64,000 nucleotides of DNA from an uncultured Bacteroidia bacterium (GTDB taxonomy: Bacteria > Bacteroidota > Bacteroidia > NS11-12g > UBA955): NCBI GenBank assembly GCA_938086785.1, contig CALKCM010000010.1, positions 35,741 to 99,740 of the forward strand, written 5' to 3'. Numbering within the stretch: position 1 is the stretch's first letter; every line of letters starts with the position of its first letter. Below the pieces are notes generated by a model. That model saw only the letters and a program-made list of their open reading frames with translations. It was not told the DNA's origin and made no database searches. Made by a program: the position numbers and the translations under genes. Below are positions 58,917 to 64,000 of this stretch, piece after piece.

Positions 58917-59687
58917 TTAATACGCCTCAGCAGCAAGCCCAAAAAAAGCACTGCTTCGGGCATAGTTTAAATTGTAGTAATCTTTCCCCACTTTTCGGCG
59001 GGCTCTCTGATAAATATGCTCTTGATCGTAGTAGTTCTTTTCGATGGGAAGAGCAATCAATTCCTCCCCAAAAACGCTCATCATATACCACTTCTCAATC
59101 AAGCGAGCAATAGGCATATTTAAGTTGTGGTATGGTTGAATTTTATGAAAAACTAAATGCATTGATGCAGCCATATATGCTTGCTCTGTCGCATTCAAAT
59201 CTTCATTTCCTAAGGCTTCAAGATCTCTATAAAATTTACCTAACTCATCCTCACATTTTTTGACATCGCAGGCAGTATACTCAATTTTATCGTTTCTATC
59301 GACCACGAATAACGGATTTGTACGAATTTCACCGTGATATACTTTTGGAAGATGCGGACCAGCTAATATAGCATGCACCTCATTGGCCGTTTCACGATCC
59401 ATTTTTTTATCTTTAATGTGCAAATAGGCTTTGTATATAGAAAACGCATCAACGTATTCCTCAGGAGCCTTTTCCTCTCCTTTTTTCACCCAATCTGCAA
59501 ATTTCTTTGGGTCAATCTCCTCCCTTTCACAACTTGCTGAATAGGCTGCCGATATAGCAGCTGCATATTCATAATCTGAAAGTCCATTGCTTTTTAAAGT
59601 CTCTAAGGAAGAAAGGGGGTTAATCATTTCTGAAGATTTAAACTCAGAAAGAATTTGGGTAGGTAAAATTTCAAATGTATAATCCAA
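58917..59687 (-). CDS. Hypothetical protein with Fic/DOC-like fold signature but degenerate active-site motif
   Basis: YHGEIRTNPLFV (G.xR...V) and MHLVFHKIQPYHNLNMPIARLI align position-for-position with ..H..F..IHPFx(D/E)GNGRxxRLL. The motif is at nt 59103-59138. TTG start at 59687; the first ATG is 20 codons in. Confidence 0.4.
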   Translation of the reverse strand: MDYTFEILPTQILSEFKSSEMINPLSSLETLKSNGLSDYEYAAAISAAYSASCEREEIDPKKFADWVKKGEEKAPEEYVDAFSIYKAYLHIKDKKMDRETANEVHAILAGPHLPKVYHGEIRTNPLFVVDRNDKIEYTACDVKKCEDELGKFYRDLEALGNEDLNATEQAYMAASMHLVFHKIQPYHNLNMPIARLIEKWYMMSVFGEELIALPIEKNYYDQEHIYQRARRKVGKDYYNLNYARSSAFFGLAAEAY

Positions 59688-59766
59688 AACGGATACAAAA
59701 TTAACGCAATCAGCTCAATAGATAACCAATTTGACCCGTATTTTTCAAAATAGAGGATTTTTGACT

Positions 59767-60309
59767 CTATTTTCGGGGCTCCCAAATGATCTCAGGGTTT
59801 CCACTCGCGTGATCAATAAATCGCGCTAAAATGAATAAATAATCACTTAAGCGATTCAGGTATTGAACAATAAGTGGTTCGATTTCTTCATGTTCTGCCA
59901 AGTGAACGACTAGCCTTTCTGCTCGTCGGCACACGCAGCGAGCCACATGCGCATGAGAACCGAGATTTGATCCTCCTGGTAGGATAAAGTTTTTTAGTTC
60001 AGGTAATGTGTTGGTATGCCTATCAATTTCATTCTCCAATAATTGCACGTCCTTTGGGACAATCTCCGGTAAAATCATTTTACTCTCACTCGAAGATGCT
60101 AAATAGCTCCCGAGCATAAATAGTCTATTTTGGATATGAGCGATGGTCTCTTCATCCTTCCCAGACAATCCACATCTAAGAAAGCCAAGATTTGAATTTA
60201 ATTCATCCACGGTACCGTAACTCTCCACACGAATGTGGTGCTTACTTACCCTATCTCCTCCAATGAGAGCTGTTTTCCCATCGTCGCCTTTCCGTGTGTA
60301 AATTTTCAT
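59767..60309 (-). CDS. ATP:cob(I)alamin adenosyltransferase, PduO type
   Basis: MKIYTRKGDDGKTALIGG start, FILPGG, and ARCVCRRAER. Confidence 0.88.
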   Translation of the reverse strand: MKIYTRKGDDGKTALIGGDRVSKHHIRVESYGTVDELNSNLGFLRCGLSGKDEETIAHIQNRLFMLGSYLASSSESKMILPEIVPKDVQLLENEIDRHTNTLPELKNFILPGGSNLGSHAHVARCVCRRAERLVVHLAEHEEIEPLIVQYLNRLSDYLFILARFIDHASGNPEIIWEPRK

Positions 60310-60372
60310 TGTCTAAACAACAAAAGTACTGAGGTCATTGTTTGAACCCAAGCATTATTATTGAAAAAAAAT

Positions 60373-61176
60373 TTAGTTAAAGGTAGAAGCGTCAACTACG
60401 GTGTACCGATTTCCGATGCGCTTCCATAAAACAAGCGTCACATAGCTGTCTTCACTTGCATCATGAACAAACGTGTGCTCAAACTCGACGGTTTGGGCCT
60501 CTCCCGTAGCTGTAATCTTTTTTCCCCATGCTCCATAGGCTGCATCTTGAATTACCGAATGGTGCCTTACAGGGTTATTCAAGGAACCTTGCTGATCGTT
60601 TCTTAAATTATTTTCCATGAGGTATGCGGCCAAATAATACTCCTCTCCCAAAGCCTTCGTTAACTTAAGGCCATATTTTGCAGTGATTTTCTTGTCTTCC
60701 AAAATAAATCCAGCTCCTAAAGAAAGGTCAGTATCCTGAATTTTTCCTGAGATACGCTCATTCATCATAGCTATGGAAGCTACCCCATCAATATATCCAG
60801 ATGAATTTATAATAGTCGTATTTTCATTATCTACCCATAACTGAGGAGTCCAGCGGCTACCCGTTCTATTGTCTGCTATTGCTTGAGAAATATCGGTAAG
60901 AAAGGGATCGTTGTATTTTATATGGACTGCTATAGGAACCACCTTAGACCCATGGGTTGTGCTTACAGCAGCCACGGTTGGCTTACCCCAAGATCCACAC
61001 CCCGGACAACCCGTACTGGTAAATTCAAAAAGCACGGCCTTGTTTGTATTCTCATATTTAACAGGTATCTCTGTTTCAACGGAGCTGTTATTCTCAACTA
61101 TAAGAGGTGGAGAATCTTTTTTACATGCGACAAATAGCACAGCACAAAAAAAACTGATATATGGTAAAGTTTTCAT
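60373..61176 (-). CDS. Outer-membrane lipoprotein, Omp28-related / thioredoxin-like N-terminal segment with CPGC
   Basis: Lipoprotein signal MKTLPYISFFCAVLFVAC. AVLFEFTSTGCPGCGSWG and a later YLMENNL...Q......HHSVIQ block resemble my recollection of the Omp28 family. Confidence 0.45.
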   Translation of the reverse strand: MKTLPYISFFCAVLFVACKKDSPPLIVENNSSVETEIPVKYENTNKAVLFEFTSTGCPGCGSWGKPTVAAVSTTHGSKVVPIAVHIKYNDPFLTDISQAIADNRTGSRWTPQLWVDNENTTIINSSGYIDGVASIAMMNERISGKIQDTDLSLGAGFILEDKKITAKYGLKLTKALGEEYYLAAYLMENNLRNDQQGSLNNPVRHHSVIQDAAYGAWGKKITATGEAQTVEFEHTFVHDASEDSYVTLVLWKRIGNRYTVVDASTFN

Positions 61177-61398
61177 TAAACAAACTTAACCATTGATTGC
61201 TTTAGAATTGTAATAGAAAACTCATTTATCGCTTCTTAAAATTCTAAAGCCGAATGGCTCCCGAAAAAGAAAACAGGTGTTTATAAAAAATTTAGTTTGA
61301 CCTTACAATATACAAGCGAAACCCTCTTAGTCTTTTAGATTTATACAAGGTAAACAATAAAAGTATTCTTACGCATTATTAATAGTCCCAATTCAATC

Positions 61399-61406
61399 TA
61401 TCTTTG
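61399..61406 (+). promoter_or_regulatory. -7 promoter box (TATCTTTG) for glyQS
   Basis: Perfect TAnnTTTG ending 10 nt before the ATG at 61417. Confidence 0.5.
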
Positions 61407-61416
61407 CACCAGTACA

Positions 61417-62949
61417 ATGAACGCTGATATTTTTGAGAAAATAATTGCCCACTGCAAGGAATACGGATTTGTATTTCCAAGCAGCGAAATTTATGGAGGC
61501 CAAGCTGCTGTTTATGATTACGGTCCAAATGGGGTTGAATTAAAAAACAAACTTCGCCAATATTGGTACCAATCCATGACACGACTGCACTCTAATGTCG
61601 TGGGTCTGGATAGCTCCATTTTTATGCATCCAACCACCTGGAAGGCCAGCGGTCATGTGGATGGATTTAACGATCCAATGATTGATAATAAAGATAGCAA
61701 AAAACGCTACCGTGCAGATGTACTGGTTGAAGATTATCAAGAAAAAATTAGAGGCAAAATCAAAAAAGAACTTACCAAAGCAGCCAAACGATTTGGAGAA
61801 GATTTTGATCCAAAAATGTATGCCGAAACCAATCCAAGAGTGCAGGGATACCACACTCAAATCAAGGAGATTGACGCACGTCTTAAGGCGGGTTTGGAAA
61901 ACAGTGATTTGGCGGATGTCAAAGCCCTGATCGAGGAATTAGGAATAGGCTGTCCCGTAAGTGGAAGTAAAAATTGGACAGAAGTGCGACAGTTCAATCT
62001 CATGTACAGCACACAAATGAGTGCTACCGATGGAGAGCAAGTGCTATACCTTAGGCCTGAGACTGCGCAGGGAATTTTTGTAAATTTCTTAAATGTTCAA
62101 AAAACGTCTAGGCAAAAATTACCCTTTGGAATCGCTCAAACTGGAAAAGCCTTTAGAAATGAAATAGTAGCCCGCCAATTCATCATGCGAATGAAGGAAT
62201 TTGAGCAGTTAGAAATGCAATTCTTTTGCCGCCCCGGTACGGAGATGGAATGGTACGAGAAATGGAAAGAATCAAGAATAAAATGGCATAAAGCTTTGGG
62301 AACCCCTGAAGCGAAATATCGTTTTCACGACCATGTAAAAATGGCCCATTATGCCAATGCAGCAGTGGATATTGAATATGAATTTCCCTTTGGCTTTAAG
62401 GAAGTCGAAGGCATTCACTCGCGAACCGATTTTGACCTGAAACAGCATGAGGAGCACAGCGGTAAAAAGCTGCGTTATTTTGATCCGGAGATTAATGAAA
62501 GCTATGTGCCTTATGTAGTAGAAACCAGTATTGGTTTAGATCGCTTATTTCTCTTAAACTTATGCCAGGCATACACTGAAGAGAAGCTTGAAAACGAATC
62601 AAGAATAGTTTTAAAATTTCACCCAGCCATTGCACCAATTTCTGCTGCTATTCTTCCCCTTGTTAAAAAGGATGGATTGCCAGAAATAGCTGAAACCCTT
62701 TATAAGGAACTCAAATTTGACTTTAATGTACATATCGAAGACAAGGACAGCATTGGTCGCAGGTATCGCAGAATGGATGCCTTGGGGACGCCTTTTTGCA
62801 TTACCATTGACCACGATAGTTTAGCAAACCAGGATTGCACCATTCGCTACAGAGATAGCATGGAGCAAAAAAGAGTAAAACTCTCGGAGGTCAAAGCCAT
62901 TATTGAGGCAGAAACCAGCATGAGTAGTTTGCTTAAAACCTTGGTTTAA
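61417..62949 (+). CDS. glyQS: Glycine--tRNA ligase (class II, homodimeric GlyQS type)
   Basis: IIAHCKEYGFVFPSSEIYGG, YLRPETAQG, FRNEI.AR, GIHSRTDFDL, ETSIGLDR, and a C-terminal anticodon-binding domain. Confidence 0.93.
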   Translation: MNADIFEKIIAHCKEYGFVFPSSEIYGGQAAVYDYGPNGVELKNKLRQYWYQSMTRLHSNVVGLDSSIFMHPTTWKASGHVDGFNDPMIDNKDSKKRYRADVLVEDYQEKIRGKIKKELTKAAKRFGEDFDPKMYAETNPRVQGYHTQIKEIDARLKAGLENSDLADVKALIEELGIGCPVSGSKNWTEVRQFNLMYSTQMSATDGEQVLYLRPETAQGIFVNFLNVQKTSRQKLPFGIAQTGKAFRNEIVARQFIMRMKEFEQLEMQFFCRPGTEMEWYEKWKESRIKWHKALGTPEAKYRFHDHVKMAHYANAAVDIEYEFPFGFKEVEGIHSRTDFDLKQHEEHSGKKLRYFDPEINESYVPYVVETSIGLDRLFLLNLCQAYTEEKLENESRIVLKFHPAIAPISAAILPLVKKDGLPEIAETLYKELKFDFNVHIEDKDSIGRRYRRMDALGTPFCITIDHDSLANQDCTIRYRDSMEQKRVKLSEVKAIIEAETSMSSLLKTLV

Positions 62950-63067
62950 GACTGCCTAAATGAACATTGGTAAAAGTTCTGTAAATAGATATGCCTTAGA
63001 TAGCGCTTAAAGGCTCTCTTTGAGATGCCGGAATTATTTAATACCCTAAAGTACAGCTGAGAAAGAC

Positions 63068-63745
63068 TTACAGCAATTGTTCCATCACTTTCAACCCTAA
63101 GATTTCCTTACCCTGGGTTATGTGCAAACTGTAATATTTCATGATTTTATGTAGTAAAAATCCACGCTGTTGGCGGTTCAGTTCTGGATCTAATTTATTT
63201 TCTATACTTTCCAGCGCTGCAATGTCTTCATTAGTAAACCTATCCTGAGTATTTTGCAATATCATCCCCTCATAAACGGCGGTAACTGCATTGCTTTGAT
63301 GCGATACTAGTGGAATGGCACAGCCCATTTCATTGGCTAATCCAATCGAAAATTCAATTAAAAAATAGGTCAACTTGGCTTTAGGTAAGGCCAATAGATA
63401 CTTTTTTATAAAATCAAAAACATCCGGATCTGCCTGCTCCTCGGATAAGGATTTTATGACCATTTCCAACATGATCTGTTGCAGCATACCAGCCAATGGG
63501 TTTAATGCACTTCGATTGATGGGCGAAACATCCTTAATGGTGCAAAGGCCCTGCGTGTTAGATTTATAAAACACCACATCCAGCAACATGCCCGGTTGAT
63601 ACAAGGCAGCTGTACTTTTTTTGGAATTCATGCCTCGAACTAAAAAGCCCAGCTTCCCAAATTCTCTGGTGAGAATATGAACCACCACAGAGTTCTCCTT
63701 GTGAGGTATTTTACGTAAAACCAGCCCTTGACTCTTTACAATCAC
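63068..63745 (-). CDS. recO: DNA repair protein RecO
   Basis: An OB-fold N-terminus (SQGLVLRKIPHKENSVVVHILTREFGKLGFLVRG) typical of RecO. 225 aa. Confidence 0.8.
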   Translation of the reverse strand: MIVKSQGLVLRKIPHKENSVVVHILTREFGKLGFLVRGMNSKKSTAALYQPGMLLDVVFYKSNTQGLCTIKDVSPINRSALNPLAGMLQQIMLEMVIKSLSEEQADPDVFDFIKKYLLALPKAKLTYFLIEFSIGLANEMGCAIPLVSHQSNAVTAVYEGMILQNTQDRFTNEDIAALESIENKLDPELNRQQRGFLLHKIMKYYSLHITQGKEILGLKVMEQLL

Positions 63746-64000
63746 TCCAATTCCTCCTCAATCCAAACAGCTACATGGTCATCAAAAAAATCATACCCCA
63801 ATTTTAGCGAGGCATTCATTTTGGGATGATGTACTTTGGCAAGTAGCGTATCATTGTCTTTTAGCATAAAAGGTAAAACAGAGAGGTGTTGTTTAAAATC
63901 AACCTCTTTCTTGCCATAATACTTAAACATGCTCTCTTTAGCTCCCCAAATCAGGAGCAATTCCTTCAAGTTCCCTCCATATTCAGTCAAAGATTTTGCA
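63742..64000 (-). CDS. 4'-phosphopantetheinyl transferase superfamily protein (C-terminal part; N-terminus beyond the window)
   Basis: LIWGAKESMFKYYG matches the W..KEA..K PPTase motif. The frame stays open to the window edge, and the tracked 'M' at 63990 is an internal TTG. Confidence 0.6.
   Translation of the reverse strand, partial: AKSLTEYGGNLKELLLIWGAKESMFKYYGKKEVDFKQHLSVLPFMLKDNDTLLAKVHHPKMNASLKLGYDFFDDHVAVWIEEELE

Overview
The window is a gene-dense, low-GC (mid/high 30s % by eye) chromosomal segment. I assign it to Bacteroidota, probably Flavobacteriia or a relative, on three grounds. Two ORFs end in T9SS C-terminal sorting domains. TAnnTTTG '-7' promoter boxes sit just upstream of several genes and both tRNAs. 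There are no obvious Shine-Dalgarno sequences, and many gene junctions overlap as TAATG, ATGA or xTGGATAA.

About 60 CDSs fill the window, and most are housekeeping genes:
- Central and lipid metabolism: sucB, icd, fbp, fabI, an acyl-CoA ligase.
- Cofactor and precursor synthesis: ribD, ribE, panD, nadD, gmk, dxs, metF, lysC.
- Translation and chaperones: aspS, glyQS, obg, rsgA, prmC, map, def, grpE-dnaJ.
- DNA repair: recR, recO, ruvX.

Two tRNA-Arg genes are separate transcription units. I found no transposase, integrase, CRISPR array, restriction enzyme or recognisable defence gene, so I cannot point to a classical accessory island.

The less ordinary content is:
1. A small coiled-coil protein made of six tandem AT-hook-like GRP modules.
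2. A seven-gene same-strand array: panD, flippase-like (UPF0104), stand-alone RfaE-II nucleotidyltransferase, flippase-like, QxxRW GT2, an 844-aa lamin-tail-domain T9SS cargo, prmC.
3. Three tandem DUF1573 genes, with a strong intrinsic terminator inside the third gene's lipoprotein signal-peptide codons.
4. A tRNA-Arg(UCG) whose G19:C56 elbow pair has covaried to A19:U56.
5. A SulP transporter with an unassigned ~216-aa C-terminal domain.
6. A Fic-like protein with a degenerate catalytic motif.
7. A PNGase F homologue with a T9SS CTD.
8. A DGGGPS-like UbiA prenyltransferase.
9. A DnaJ with only one of the two zinc centres.

All functional calls come from reading the translations and recalling family motifs. 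No database search was run, and start codons are often uncertain because the ORF track allows TTG and GTG starts.
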